64,000 bases of DNA from a virus. Taxonomy: Duplodnaviria > Caudoviricetes. The notes beneath the pieces are model-generated. The model saw nothing but the letters and a program-made list of their open reading frames with translations, did no database searches and was not told the origin of the DNA. Positions 29,668 through 40,093 of this stretch are shown here, one piece after another. The DNA is taken from the IMG/VR virus record IMGVR_UViG_3300034071_001431, positions 1-64,000 of that record. One strand, given 5' to 3'. The number at the start of each line of letters is the position of its first letter. Positions within the stretch are counted from its first letter, which is position 1. A program made the translations under genes and the position numbers.

Positions 29668-30377
29668 AAACAATTTTCATTAATATAATTATACAGGAAA
29701 TCATTTAACATTGTATACCCATCATTACCATAATGGCCCCACTCTGGGTTTACATTAATAGCACGTTCATCTTTAGATAGTTGAGCTCCGTTGACATACA
29801 TCCATTTGTTAGACATAAAATTTTCAATATCAATTATTCGTTTATCTTTTCGAATAATATCCATTTTCTTCATATCAAATAAATTTAATTCAATTGTGGT
29901 TTTAATTATATGTTCGCAGGTATTAAAAATACAATATTTAATTTTTAAAGAACGCAACCAGGTAGTTAACAAAATAATATCAATTAATAATTTTTCAATA
30001 TGTGCAGGGTGAGAGTCATATACTGCTTTATCATCTATATATTTTTTTAATGCCGTTTCAATTTTGTTATATTCAGTGGCTAGCGGCCGAGTTGGTTGTA
30101 TTCCGCTTACCGAATAACTGACCCACGATCCTTCTTCGTTCCCAAGATTTACTGCCCATGCTGCTTCGGCACGGCTATGGAATGTTAACATAATAATAAC
30201 AAAATCTGTCTGCGGATTATTTAGAATATATTCAAATGTAGTACGTAATATTCTATCATTTGATGAGCCATCTTGTCCAAAGTTAATCACAGTTTTGGCC
30301 TGCAATCTATCTGCTAGATCTTTATAATTTTTCCAGGTACGGGCATAACTACATCCATTGATCAATAAATGGTTCAT
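29664..30377 (-). CDS. SGNH-like protein
   Basis: INGCSY, NFGQDGSSNDRILR, GHY. Confidence 0.65.
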   Translation of the reverse strand: MNHLLINGCSYARTWKNYKDLADRLQAKTVINFGQDGSSNDRILRTTFEYILNNPQTDFVIIMLTFHSRAEAAWAVNLGNEEGSWVSYSVSGIQPTRPLATEYNKIETALKKYIDDKAVYDSHPAHIEKLLIDIILLTTWLRSLKIKYCIFNTCEHIIKTTIELNLFDMKKMDIIRKDKRIIDIENFMSNKWMYVNGAQLSKDERAINVNPEWGHYGNDGYTMLNDFLYNYINENCL

Positions 30378-30838
30378 TCTAGCTCTTTCTTAATGGTCTT
30401 ATCATCCATGCCCATTTTCTGTCCGAGCAGTTTAAGACTTTTAGTATCATTGACGGCAACAAGTACATCAATCTCGTCTTCTTTAAGATTGGGATATAGT
30501 TTAGCGAGGAACTTTGATGCTTTGCTATTGCCTTCTTTCTTCTTAGTACCTTGCCAATAATGACTTTGTCTACCCATGCCCGGGCTTACAGTTGTACACA
30601 TTAACCATTGTAACTTTGGATGTTTGTTTAAGTCAAAGAAGTTTTTGTTTACCCGTTCGTTTACTGCCATTACATAATATGCTTGTAAATCACTTGAACC
30701 TGTAACACTTGCACCATAACGTAACATCAAGTATGTGCTAAACTTCTTCAAATCTTCTGCTGTAAAGTTATCGTAGTAAGCACGATCTTTGCGATCATAT
30801 GCTGCCATTTCATCATTGATTTGTAAACTTGAACTCAC
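30374..30838 (-). CDS. putative clamp-loader small subunit (gp62-like)
   Basis: HPKLQWL, YPNLKEDEI; replication context. Confidence 0.5.
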   Translation of the reverse strand: MSSSLQINDEMAAYDRKDRAYYDNFTAEDLKKFSTYLMLRYGASVTGSSDLQAYYVMAVNERVNKNFFDLNKHPKLQWLMCTTVSPGMGRQSHYWQGTKKKEGNSKASKFLAKLYPNLKEDEIDVLVAVNDTKSLKLLGQKMGMDDKTIKKELE

Positions 30839-31074
30839 TTGCCGCCTCTTAGTTTGTTTGCCATGTAATTCACTGTGTTCTCTAAGAATTGTAACTTTGT
30901 TTTTAAACTTGCAATAAATTCATCTTGTTGATGTACTTTACGATACAGTTCTTCAAATGCCGCTTGCGATTCTTTCATGCGCTTTTCATGCGAAAGTAGG
31001 TTAGGGCGTGGTGGCGCATTTGGGTCTACTGCACGTTTCTTCTTTACTTTAAATTGTTTAGCGTTAAATGCCAT
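30835..31074 (-). CDS. small coiled-coil protein
   Basis: PRPNLLSH followed by heptads. Confidence 0.65.
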   Translation of the reverse strand: MAFNAKQFKVKKKRAVDPNAPPRPNLLSHEKRMKESQAAFEELYRKVHQQDEFIASLKTKLQFLENTVNYMANKLRGGK

Positions 31075-31333
31075 CTTTATATTCCTTGCTTAACTTATAT
31101 ATCATTATAACATGATCAAGGGCGGCTTGTAAAGCAATATTTGTTTTAGCTGTCTGGCGAATCTTTTCCCACATGGAACGTTCCATCATTTCTTCATGAT
31201 GTTTAAGTATTTGACGCTTGTTATCTGACGCGGAATAAGTGATTTCAGCAGTTGGCACAAATGATGCTGATAAGTCCATGCCTTCGTACATCATATCATC
31301 TGTTATTACACTAGGATTAAGTTTAGTTGTCAT
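31064..31333 (-). CDS. hypothetical protein
   Basis: WEKIRQTAKTNIALQAALD. Confidence 0.65.
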   Translation of the reverse strand: MTTKLNPSVITDDMMYEGMDLSASFVPTAEITYSASDNKRQILKHHEEMMERSMWEKIRQTAKTNIALQAALDHVIMIYKLSKEYKDGI

Positions 31334-31334
31334 A

Positions 31335-31505
31335 TTATCCATTCCAATGTCGCAATACACCTGCAATAATAGTAAAGTTAGTTAGCAGGTATGTTATTAC
31401 AATTATAGTGCGTATCAGTGCAACTCTATCTGCTTCTCTATCTGTTGTTCCGGCTTTTTCACCGAGTGCTTTAGCCCATAGCCGCCATGCTCTCTTATGT
31501 ATCAT
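31335..31505 (-). CDS. small membrane protein (missing from ORF track)
   Basis: MIHKRAWRLWAKALGEKAG..EADRVALIRT + TM segment + RHW. Confidence 0.75.
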   Translation of the reverse strand: MIHKRAWRLWAKALGEKAGTTDREADRVALIRTIIVITYLLTNFTIIAGVLRHWNG

Positions 31506-31506
31506 A

Positions 31507-32007
31507 TTACCAGATCTTTGAGTAGTCTACAATTTCACTTTGTCTCGAAATGTCCTTAACAAAGTATGCGCATAGTGGCTTATCACCTGATTCAATTGGC
31601 ACTGCAAGCATTTGCCCTGGTTTAAGTTTTGGGAAGTACCATTTAACATCCTGGTAGATATCTACAATTTCAATTGGGAAGAACTCTGGCTTAAAGCTCG
31701 ATATCGGATTGAATCCAAATACACTAAAGCCTCTATCATTGATACTTGTTAATGGTATTACTTCTAAATCTCCGATGTCTGATTCGCCAATTAGTACTTG
31801 CCAATCAACTGGCATCTTTACCATATTGCCGCCGATGTTTAATACAAGTGCAGGACTGTTAAATGATTCTAAAAAGATAAGTGGGATAAAGAAGTAGTCT
31901 GGATTCTTTGGATCACTATTGTCTAATATTGCAAAACGTAAATCCTCAACTTCGTCGGGGATTTCGTTCATTTCGTACGCTTGATTCTCTAATGTTAGTA
32001 TATGCAT
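31507..32007 (-). CDS. conserved hypothetical beta-rich protein
   Basis: FFIPLIFLESFNSPA...KWYFPKLK. Confidence 0.7.
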   Translation of the reverse strand: MHILTLENQAYEMNEIPDEVEDLRFAILDNSDPKNPDYFFIPLIFLESFNSPALVLNIGGNMVKMPVDWQVLIGESDIGDLEVIPLTSINDRGFSVFGFNPISSFKPEFFPIEIVDIYQDVKWYFPKLKPGQMLAVPIESGDKPLCAYFVKDISRQSEIVDYSKIW

Positions 32008-32738
32008 TACTTTCCTCGTTTTAATATTACACCGCGTTCTAATATACCGCGGATATCTTCTTTTACTATGTTAAATCCCATCGCTAAGAGGAAAATTACA
32101 CCTGGCCCATTTTTACCAATCCAGCAATCATTGTATCGCAGAGTGTCATCAAATACAACAATGCAATCGTCGGCTAACCAAGGATACAAATAATGCAATT
32201 GTTTAAAATGTTCGAGTTGACATTCACTATTTGTTAACGTAAATCCAAACGCTTTATATTGCGCTCGCATTTCCTGCATCATTGAATTATATGTTATCGG
32301 GAATGTTACTTCGGCTTGAAATTCCGGTGGTAGATTCTCAAATTTACAAAAATCAGGTGGCCAATCAACTCCTTTAATTATATCATATACCGATTTGTTC
32401 CATAACTCAGAATCTATAGTATCATCTGTTCTATTATTATTCCACAGATAATCAAAGTTGTCGAGATACATAATTGATATTTTTTTGTTAATTTGCGGAT
32501 ACATATCCCGACACCAGTCGGAACCAATTGCGGTGTGCCATTTAATAGACGAATGTGATATTTTTGTTTGTGCATTGTTTAAAATGTCAACCGAGTGTAA
32601 CTCAATGTTATACTTTGCGGCAAGTTCTGCAAAGTATAACGTACTACCTTCACCACGATCACTGCCTATTTCAACTATCACACTGCCAGAATCAATGTTT
32701 GTAATACATTCGTGTGTTTTTTTAAATAAAGAACCCAT
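32007..32738 (-). CDS. class I SAM methyltransferase-like protein
   Basis: VEIGSDRGEGS, MYLD, VFDDT, GK. Confidence 0.7.
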   Translation of the reverse strand: MGSLFKKTHECITNIDSGSVIVEIGSDRGEGSTLYFAELAAKYNIELHSVDILNNAQTKISHSSIKWHTAIGSDWCRDMYPQINKKISIMYLDNFDYLWNNNRTDDTIDSELWNKSVYDIIKGVDWPPDFCKFENLPPEFQAEVTFPITYNSMMQEMRAQYKAFGFTLTNSECQLEHFKQLHYLYPWLADDCIVVFDDTLRYNDCWIGKNGPGVIFLLAMGFNIVKEDIRGILERGVILKRGK

Positions 32739-33420
32739 TATTTCCACTCCGTTTTTCTAAAATTAGTATGTGCATATATTCTCTTTAATTATTTTTCAAA
32801 TACCATATAAATTCCGCCTTTTTTAAAGGATGCACATTCTATTAGATCCTCGGACCGAAATTTTTTAATTAGCCTATATCCCAAAATATCTAATGCTTTT
32901 TCATAATAAAAGTCATTTATTGTTATGCTTAATCCACAATGTTTTTTATGTGCCCAGCGCCATCCTGTAATATTAATAAGCTCTTCTTTGATGGCCACAG
33001 GGCAATTCATATCCCATGTTTCTAACAATATATATTTTGGAGAAATGTTATTAACTATATCTTCGACTATTGCCAATGGCGCATGCGAATGATATAAAAA
33101 ACCAAACAAAACTACAGTATCATAATGTGTATTAGTCCGGCTTAGGAACAAATGTGCATCTTCTTCGTAGATTGTAATATTACCTAAAAACTTTTCTCTA
33201 AGTACATTGCATAAACCGCTATCATATTCAACTACAGAAATATTATTAGTATATTGCAAAAATTGCTCAGTAAATCGACCGTCAAGTGGACCAATTTCTA
33301 AAATTTTTCCTGTAATGAATTCAGTTAACTGTTCAACAATAGTTTTGCAAATAATAGTTTTGCAAATAATTTCATCGGAATTGTTGCTTTTCATTTGTTA
33401 TTTCCACTCCGTTTTTTCTA
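32738..33420. repeat. direct repeat of the uvsW 3' end flanking an inserted gene
   Basis: ttatttccactccgttttt(t)cta at 32738-32759 and 33398-33420. Confidence 0.85.
32789..33394 (-). CDS. class I SAM methyltransferase
   Basis: ILEIGPLDG, GFLYH, LLET. Confidence 0.8.
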   Translation of the reverse strand: MKSNNSDEIICKTIICKTIVEQLTEFITGKILEIGPLDGRFTEQFLQYTNNISVVEYDSGLCNVLREKFLGNITIYEEDAHLFLSRTNTHYDTVVLFGFLYHSHAPLAIVEDIVNNISPKYILLETWDMNCPVAIKEELINITGWRWAHKKHCGLSITINDFYYEKALDILGYRLIKKFRSEDLIECASFKKGGIYMVFEK

Positions 33421-34855
33421 CCGCATAAGGATAGTTTGCTTCTGTATAGAATTTCTTTCTGACTGTGAGGTGACGTTTAGCAAACTTACAAGTTGATGTT
33501 ACGTCCCAGATTTGGACAAAATCTTTGTCTTCCGCTTTGCGAATGCCACGCCCGATACTTTGGATGACCCTAACAAAACTCTTACCAGGCTCAATAAGCA
33601 CAAGGTTAAAAACACGAGGAATATTGATACCGACAGCAGCAACCCCATAAGTGGCAACAGCAACAAAGTTGTCACTGGTCGCAAATTCATCATAACTTTC
33701 TTTTCTATCATTTGCTTTTGTTCCTCCCGATACAAACACAGCATCTTTAACTAACTCAACTAATGCTTTGCCTGGAGCGATACGATCAACTAAGACAAGT
33801 GTGTTGCCAGTCAATCGAATACGCTCTATCATTTTACTTATGTAATCAATACGTGCGTCGGTCTCTAATAGATATTTTAACTCGCTTTGATAATCCTTGT
33901 ATTCAACGTGATCGATTAGCTGTACAACGTTCACGTGACAGTTAGCAAGCACACCCTGGTCTTGTAATTCACTTGCGCTTAACCGCCCAATGACGTCGCC
34001 TAATGAACACTTTAATGCCATAAATTCGTACATTTCTTTAGGTATTGTGCCCGTTAATCCCCACCGAATCGGAATGTGTGCCATTACACTAGTAAGTAAA
34101 GTTTTAAGTGCATCTGCTTTAGCCATGTGTACTTCGTCAACCATTACACAAACAACACCTTCCAAAAATTCCATAATGGTAATGTCGGCTTCGTGTGCTT
34201 TGGTATTTTTAAGTAGGATGTTTAGACTTTGCCAGGTACAAATAGTATGAGTGTGTCCAAACTCTTTTCTATCACCAAAGTAAACACCAACGTCTAAGCC
34301 CAAGTTAATGTAGTCTGCTTCTGTTTGTGTTACTAATGATTTGTTTGGTACAATTACTACAGTGCGACCATATTGCTCACAGCTATAGCTTAGTGCCGCA
34401 GTAATTAATGTCTTACCTGCGCCTGTTGCAATTTCTTGTAAGCATTGTGGGTTCTCAAGGAACTTGTTAATAATCTCAATTTGATAATCCCGTAGTACAA
34501 CTGGCTGACCCGCTATTGGATGTTTTGCTGGCCATACTTTATGTGCAAACGTTTGCTCTGTCACTTGTGTAAATGCAAACTGTGTTTGATAGTCACGTAA
34601 ATCTTCTAGCTCAATATCATAACCACGCTCATCAATGTAGGCCAACATGTCGGCCAGCAAGTTAGTGTACGTGCTACCACCCAATTGGAAATATGCTACC
34701 TTGCCATCCCATCGACCAAGACGTACACTTGGTAGATAACGTGCGCCCGGGATTTCATACTTAAACTTATTGGCTAGATATTTGCGCTCTGTAAGTTCAA
34801 GTCCTTCTAACTTACAGTTCACTTCATCTTTAATTATAATTTTACATGTTGCCAT
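33398..34855 (-). CDS. uvsW: SF2 DNA helicase UvsW-like
   Basis: LRDYQ, ATGAGKT, VDEVH, GLTGT, QSIGRGIR. Confidence 0.92.
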   Translation of the reverse strand: MATCKIIIKDEVNCKLEGLELTERKYLANKFKYEIPGARYLPSVRLGRWDGKVAYFQLGGSTYTNLLADMLAYIDERGYDIELEDLRDYQTQFAFTQVTEQTFAHKVWPAKHPIAGQPVVLRDYQIEIINKFLENPQCLQEIATGAGKTLITAALSYSCEQYGRTVVIVPNKSLVTQTEADYINLGLDVGVYFGDRKEFGHTHTICTWQSLNILLKNTKAHEADITIMEFLEGVVCVMVDEVHMAKADALKTLLTSVMAHIPIRWGLTGTIPKEMYEFMALKCSLGDVIGRLSASELQDQGVLANCHVNVVQLIDHVEYKDYQSELKYLLETDARIDYISKMIERIRLTGNTLVLVDRIAPGKALVELVKDAVFVSGGTKANDRKESYDEFATSDNFVAVATYGVAAVGINIPRVFNLVLIEPGKSFVRVIQSIGRGIRKAEDKDFVQIWDVTSTCKFAKRHLTVRKKFYTEANYPYAVEKTEWK

Positions 34856-36887
34856 TAATTTTCCTAATGTTTGCAAATACAAATTTGTATTGCGGGCTTA
34901 AATAATCAATATTATTATCATTTGTTAACTGATTAATAATAGGATGATTTGCTATGCGTAATAAGCCTTGTTGACTATTACTAACTAGTTTACATGCTAT
35001 TGTTATTGATGTCAATTCTATTTCTAATATTACTTGCTCATTATCTGCTATACCTAATTTGATTGCATCTACGTCTGCTATCTCTATTATAGGGTCGGCA
35101 TTTGATTTAATAACTTCATTCATTGTTGTCTTTTGTCTAATCCCACATTGCAATACAAATTTGTAATTTGAGTTTTGTATTCTCTGCTCGGGCAACTTTA
35201 ATGTTGATAACAAAAATGATGGTGCTAAGTCAATTTGATGTGTTTGTTGAGTAGTTGTATTAATATCAACTCTTCCAATATCGTTAAGTTGATTAATCTG
35301 AGTGGTTGTTAATTCAAATGCTGTATCGGAATTGATACTAAGATTATGTCGAAATAATTCCCACCATACTATAGCCAATAAAGGTGTTTGGTAATTTAAT
35401 CCAATGGTATTGCGCAATATATAATAAACTTCAGGAATACGTTTATCAAACATTGCAATCAGATCAGTATAAAACTTAACAGTATCAATTTCTTTATTTT
35501 TAATTTCTGGCAACAAATTTAGTTTTGCTAAAAGTAACTCATATATTTCATTAGTGGATTTTGTATAAGACTTGGTAAGCACAGGGCTGCTTAATTGTAG
35601 CATACCATTTTCGGCATGAAATGCATTCACACATTCGTATCGTTCCAGGAACGTTGGAGTAGGCAATATATAGTCTGCTAGTTTTGCGCTTGCTGTCATA
35701 AAACTATCTAACACAATCACCAGTGGAACTTTTTCTAGTTGTGATTTAAATCTTGTTGCATTAGGCACTCGGTTGACTGGATTTGAATTATCGATTATAA
35801 CACATCCAAAATTTAAATTATCTGTTACCAATGAACCAGAAATAATTCCGTTATGCTGCGGTTTATTAGTTGTAGGAGTTTTCAAATTAGGAAGATAATG
35901 GTCCATGTATGTTAATACAGAATTCATCGACTCCATTGCATTTGGTTTTTGGTAATTACCGGTTAACATATATAACAATATAATTAGGTAATTATTAGCA
36001 AACGGAAACATACTATGGCAAATACCATTACCCGAATCAACTGCAACCGATTCGCTATCTTTTATTGTATTAACTATAGTAGTTAATTGGTGATGTGATA
36101 TATTGCATATAGATAAACAGTCAGCTAAGTTTACTTTAGCAAAATGTTGATTTACTTTATCAAACTTACTAGTATGCGTCGCTATAAATTCAGTGTTAAT
36201 TGCCTTGTCTATTATTAATTTCTTAATAATAGCAGTTAATAACCAGGCGTCTGTGCCGGGCGCAATCTTAGCATGTATATCTGCTATATTGGCTGTTTCA
36301 GTAGTGACCGGGTCTATTACAATAAGTGTCCGTGCAGTATTGTTTTTAATATCATTAAGTATTTTTCTAGCTCGTGGATAATGTTGTGTTACCCAGGGAT
36401 TTTGTCCAATAACAATAAGTGTCTGTGCTTTTTGTTTATTTGGCACGACGCCCGCTTTAAAAAATAATTTTTGAGTTACATAAGTGTATGCTTTCTCAAA
36501 TGATAAAACATTAGTTGCATACTGCACCCCTAACTTTGCCATTAGTTCATAATTATATAGCGTAGTTGCATTATACGATGGACTAAGCGGTGCCATGTAC
36601 AAAATACTATTTAAATGTGGCTTAATATCAATTGCTATTTCATCAATGGCTTGCTCCCACGTGATAGGGATAAATTCATCATTTACTTTTTTCAATGGAC
36701 TAGTAATACGGTCAGGACTAGATTGGAATTCGATTAATTGTTGGGATTTTTCACAGATATAACCTTGACTAACTGGATCATTGAAGTCAGGTGCAACTTT
36801 AATAATACGATTATTTTCAACTGTTACGTTAATGCCACATTCAGCAAGACACAGATGACAAAATGATTTTTTAATTTCAATTGACAC
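34842..36887 (-). CDS. molybdopterin oxidoreductase (DMSO-reductase family)
   Basis: CHLCLAECG..GYICEK Fe4S4 motif, WEQAID, VIDP, PGTD, ADYILPT..FLER. Confidence 0.82.
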   Translation of the reverse strand: MSIEIKKSFCHLCLAECGINVTVENNRIIKVAPDFNDPVSQGYICEKSQQLIEFQSSPDRITSPLKKVNDEFIPITWEQAIDEIAIDIKPHLNSILYMAPLSPSYNATTLYNYELMAKLGVQYATNVLSFEKAYTYVTQKLFFKAGVVPNKQKAQTLIVIGQNPWVTQHYPRARKILNDIKNNTARTLIVIDPVTTETANIADIHAKIAPGTDAWLLTAIIKKLIIDKAINTEFIATHTSKFDKVNQHFAKVNLADCLSICNISHHQLTTIVNTIKDSESVAVDSGNGICHSMFPFANNYLIILLYMLTGNYQKPNAMESMNSVLTYMDHYLPNLKTPTTNKPQHNGIISGSLVTDNLNFGCVIIDNSNPVNRVPNATRFKSQLEKVPLVIVLDSFMTASAKLADYILPTPTFLERYECVNAFHAENGMLQLSSPVLTKSYTKSTNEIYELLLAKLNLLPEIKNKEIDTVKFYTDLIAMFDKRIPEVYYILRNTIGLNYQTPLLAIVWWELFRHNLSINSDTAFELTTTQINQLNDIGRVDINTTTQQTHQIDLAPSFLLSTLKLPEQRIQNSNYKFVLQCGIRQKTTMNEVIKSNADPIIEIADVDAIKLGIADNEQVILEIELTSITIACKLVSNSQQGLLRIANHPIINQLTNDNNIDYLSPQYKFVFANIRKINGNM

Positions 36888-38011
36888 TACTCATTTTCTC
36901 TTAATTTAGTAGTCGTGCAGTACGCAATCTTTTCTGCTCTGTTAAGCCAGTCCATGCGTTTACCACCATACATCATTTCAACCATCGAAATAAGTAGAGG
37001 CACTGGATAATCCCATGTTGGTGGAATCTTGTTTGCATATACTACTTTAACATGATCTATATTGTAATCGCAAGTCTTTGTTTTACCACTATAGTTAAAA
37101 CGGACAACTTCATCATCTTTGAACATACTCAAGTCTATATTAACAGATGTCATTGCTGGGTCATATATGCATATTGGATAACGATTGGTTACTTCTGCAT
37201 ACGCAAATAACATTGATAACGCATCTTCCATCATTGGTAAATGTATATCACGTTTAGAACCAAATATATCTAATAGTGTAGGACGTATTAGCATATCATC
37301 ATATGTGTATCCAAGCACACCAGAATTGTCAATTAGTGCAACTACGTTATCAAACCCAAAGCCACCTAACTTAGCATTAATGTATTCGATTAAACTATCA
37401 GAAGCGTTAGTAATTTCAAAACATGTTTCGTTGCGTATCAATTTGATTTCGTATGGTATTGCTTCACACTCTATAATCAAATTAAACAAGTTTTGTACAA
37501 GTGGGTCAATTTCAAATTGATTTAATTCGCCCCAAGTAACTGCCCAATTTACATTACATTCAGTAATTGCCAAATACCAAACCTTTTCTTCTTGGTCGTA
37601 CTTCATACTACCTTGACTTATATTCCTTGCTTCTTGTATTGCTTTAATCATCGGTAGGTCATATGGAAAGCGTACACCAATACGTTCATCATCTAACCAA
37701 ATTTGTTTGGATCTGTTTATAATGCGCACTGGCTTGCGATAACGTGGATTTTCAATAGGCGTTATATCAATGCTATGTTTAGCAAATTGCTTGCGATATT
37801 TAAGCACAAGACGTACAGCAAGGTCTGCTTGCTTGTCTGTTAGCGCACCGCCCCAATAAGTATGTGCGCTCATGCTCTCTACTATTGTAGTGTCGTAACG
37901 TGCAAGACTTATAGTAGGAACAGCAAAGGGATTACTAATTGTAGATGTATTGGGGTCGTGTCCCCCAAGTAATTCTAAATAGTCTTCAACGAATGTGTAT
38001 GCAATTGTCAT
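36887..38011 (-). CDS. conserved hypothetical protein
   Basis: VEDYLE, LTDKQ..LA.RLVLKYRKQ; leaderless promoter. Confidence 0.7.
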   Translation of the reverse strand: MTIAYTFVEDYLELLGGHDPNTSTISNPFAVPTISLARYDTTIVESMSAHTYWGGALTDKQADLAVRLVLKYRKQFAKHSIDITPIENPRYRKPVRIINRSKQIWLDDERIGVRFPYDLPMIKAIQEARNISQGSMKYDQEEKVWYLAITECNVNWAVTWGELNQFEIDPLVQNLFNLIIECEAIPYEIKLIRNETCFEITNASDSLIEYINAKLGGFGFDNVVALIDNSGVLGYTYDDMLIRPTLLDIFGSKRDIHLPMMEDALSMLFAYAEVTNRYPICIYDPAMTSVNIDLSMFKDDEVVRFNYSGKTKTCDYNIDHVKVVYANKIPPTWDYPVPLLISMVEMMYGGKRMDWLNRAEKIAYCTTTKLRENE

Positions 38012-38017
38012 ACTATT

Positions 38018-38046
38018 AGTATACGCGATTGTTTTAAGTAAATCAA
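38018..38046 (-). promoter_or_regulatory. sigma70 promoter, leaderless
   Basis: TTGATT-17-TATACT, 6 nt before ATG. Confidence 0.7.
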
Positions 38047-38049
38047 CCT

Positions 38050-38086
38050 AAAAAAAAAAGCTCAACGTAATTAAACATTGAGCTTT
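38050..38086 (-). terminator. rho-independent terminator
   Basis: gctcaa...ttgagc stem with a long U tail on the minus strand. Confidence 0.7.
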
Positions 38087-38127
38087 GAGGTCACTGTGTC
38101 AGGAGCATACATGCGACACAGTGAAAG

Positions 38128-38235
38128 CTATATTATAAATATTGCAAGCAAAAACCACCAAGCTGACCAACCGCACCAACCTACCAAGTACGCTGTACCT
38201 GCAAGTATCAATAGTGCGGCTGTGTTCCTGTCCAT
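38128..38235 (-). CDS. 35-aa membrane peptide
   Basis: MDRNTAALLILAGTAYLVGWCGWSAWWFLLAIFII. Confidence 0.5.
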   Translation of the reverse strand: MDRNTAALLILAGTAYLVGWCGWSAWWFLLAIFII

Positions 38236-38236
38236 C

Positions 38237-39259
38237 TTAGTTAGCTTTCATACAAGTTGTTGAAGCAAGTGCCTGCCATTTAAGTGGAAAGCTCTTACGT
38301 AGCTCTGCTACTTTAATTGCCATACGCAAACTCATTTCACGCATTTTGTTTTTGTTTACGTTCAAGAAGTCAATAATCTCATCTTGTGCGCATTGTTCAA
38401 AATCGTAGTCTGCAAACAATACACCAGTATCAGCAATTTGTTTAATACGCAAAATCTTATCACGCATTGTGTCAAGTGTCAAATCTAAGTAGTGACAACG
38501 TGATTGCAATGCTTCTAAGTGATCTTTCATCTTTTGGCTACGTACTTGATCAAATTTCAAGTTTGTAATAAAGATTACACTACCGTGAAATGTAAAGCTA
38601 TTAGGAATGCCTTCATTTTTTAATGCACGGCTTTCAGCTAACCAGCTAATCTTACGATTTTTACCACTGTCCAATGCACCTTTAAGCAAGTTCAAGCACA
38701 CATCATCAAACAAGATGCTATCACAGTCATCAAATACAATTACGCAGTTGCTATCACTAAACTCATACAATGTTTTGTACAAGCCAATAGCTGTTGCACT
38801 ACCTTTAACAATAGTACTTTTTACGCGACGTCCGCTAATTTGATCAAATAGTGCAGAACGTTCAAGTTCTTTTTCTACTGTAAAAGATTTACCAACACCC
38901 GGAGGGCCACTTACAATCATTGCACGGATATCACCGTTCAATGTTGCTTTAGTCATTTCATCTAAGATTTCAAAACGTTCTGCAATTTCAGAAATACGTT
39001 GTTCATCTGTTACAGTTGAAACAACTGCACGTTCTGCTTTGTTTACAACACCTGTGTATTCATCAGCGTGTACAAACTCAAAGTCTGTAACGTTATCTAC
39101 TAACACACGTACCTTATCTTTACCAAACTGTCCTGTACCATCAACAGTAATAAAACCACCTTTAGCACCAACAGTATAATGTTTTACTAACGGAAATACT
39201 TCATTTTCCACTTTAGCGTTTCTGTAAGTACCACTTTTAATTTTAACAAAACCAGTCAT
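38237..39259 (-). CDS. AAA+ ATPase
   Basis: GPPGVGKS, VFDDCD, FITN, SR. Confidence 0.85.
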   Translation of the reverse strand: MTGFVKIKSGTYRNAKVENEVFPLVKHYTVGAKGGFITVDGTGQFGKDKVRVLVDNVTDFEFVHADEYTGVVNKAERAVVSTVTDEQRISEIAERFEILDEMTKATLNGDIRAMIVSGPPGVGKSFTVEKELERSALFDQISGRRVKSTIVKGSATAIGLYKTLYEFSDSNCVIVFDDCDSILFDDVCLNLLKGALDSGKNRKISWLAESRALKNEGIPNSFTFHGSVIFITNLKFDQVRSQKMKDHLEALQSRCHYLDLTLDTMRDKILRIKQIADTGVLFADYDFEQCAQDEIIDFLNVNKNKMREMSLRMAIKVAELRKSFPLKWQALASTTCMKAN

Positions 39260-39305
39260 TTAATGCTCCTTAAATTGTCTTTTGTTGTTTTCTTATTGTG
39301 TAGCT

Positions 39306-39334
39306 ATTATACAGGCAATTTTCGTTTTTGTCAA
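39306..39334 (-). promoter_or_regulatory. sigma70 early promoter
   Basis: TTGACA-17-TATAAT. Confidence 0.85.
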
Positions 39335-39339
39335 CCTCT

Positions 39340-39726
39340 TTATGCTAACTCCTTTAATGCTACATCAAATAGTGTAGCGTAACTGTAAGGTAAACCAAGT
39401 GTAAAACACACGTACTCACCGCCATACATTTTATCTGATTCAGTAAGACCTAAGCCTTCAACAATCCACTTAATAGATTGTTCACGTGAGTTGCTAATTG
39501 ACTCCACTGAAGCAATGTGCTTTTCAAAACTAGCAATTGCTAATTGTTCGCGAGCTTGTTCTTCTTTGTCAGTAACGTCAAGTTCCACAAGCAAGCCATC
39601 CCATATTGACTGTTTAGTTTCATCGTTGCTGTTGACCCACTTAGCCCAAAAGTATTCGCCCGGGCGTGAACCACGTGCATCTTTGTGCAAATCGCTAACT
39701 ACGTTCTCATCAAATGTGTATGTCAT
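39340..39726 (-). CDS. hypothetical early protein
   Basis: SDLHKDARGSRP...GLPY. Confidence 0.7.
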   Translation of the reverse strand: MTYTFDENVVSDLHKDARGSRPGEYFWAKWVNSNDETKQSIWDGLLVELDVTDKEEQAREQLAIASFEKHIASVESISNSREQSIKWIVEGLGLTESDKMYGGEYVCFTLGLPYSYATLFDVALKELA

Positions 39727-39758
39727 CTTGTGCTCCGTTGCTTTAGTGTATAAGTGCT

Positions 39759-39787
39759 ATTATACAGCCATTTTACCAAAAAGTCAA
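39759..39787 (-). promoter_or_regulatory. sigma70 early promoter (repeated cassette)
   Basis: identical to 1244-1272. Confidence 0.85.
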
Positions 39788-39791
39788 GTGA

Positions 39792-40079
39792 TTAAACGTT
39801 AAGTTCGCGGAAGTCGGAGTATGGGATTGTGTAGTTGTTAGCACGAATAATTGTAACTAACTCTTTTGCCGCTGAGTTCAATAAACGTGCGCGGCCGCGA
39901 ATATTTGCTCCGCTAAGTTCACCGTCACAAGTTAAGTTCTCTGGGCTTAGGTCATTGTCTAAACTATCAAACAGATTTTGACAATCACGTTCTGATAAGT
40001 TATTAACATCATAAGTTGGGTTGTTAAAAATAGAGGCCCAAGCATTTTTTTGTTCGATATACTGTGCTAAGTTTTTCAT
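39792..40079 (-). CDS. hypothetical early protein
   Basis: LSPENLTCDGE motif; AAGGAG SD. Confidence 0.7.
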   Translation of the reverse strand: MKNLAQYIEQKNAWASIFNNPTYDVNNLSERDCQNLFDSLDNDLSPENLTCDGELSGANIRGRARLLNSAAKELVTIIRANNYTIPYSDFRELNV

Positions 40080-40093
40080 TTTGTTTCTCCTTA

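Noticed and set aside
33338-33370. 15-bp tandem duplication (IICKT x2) in the MTase N-terminus
   Set aside because: In-frame slippage with no evident function.
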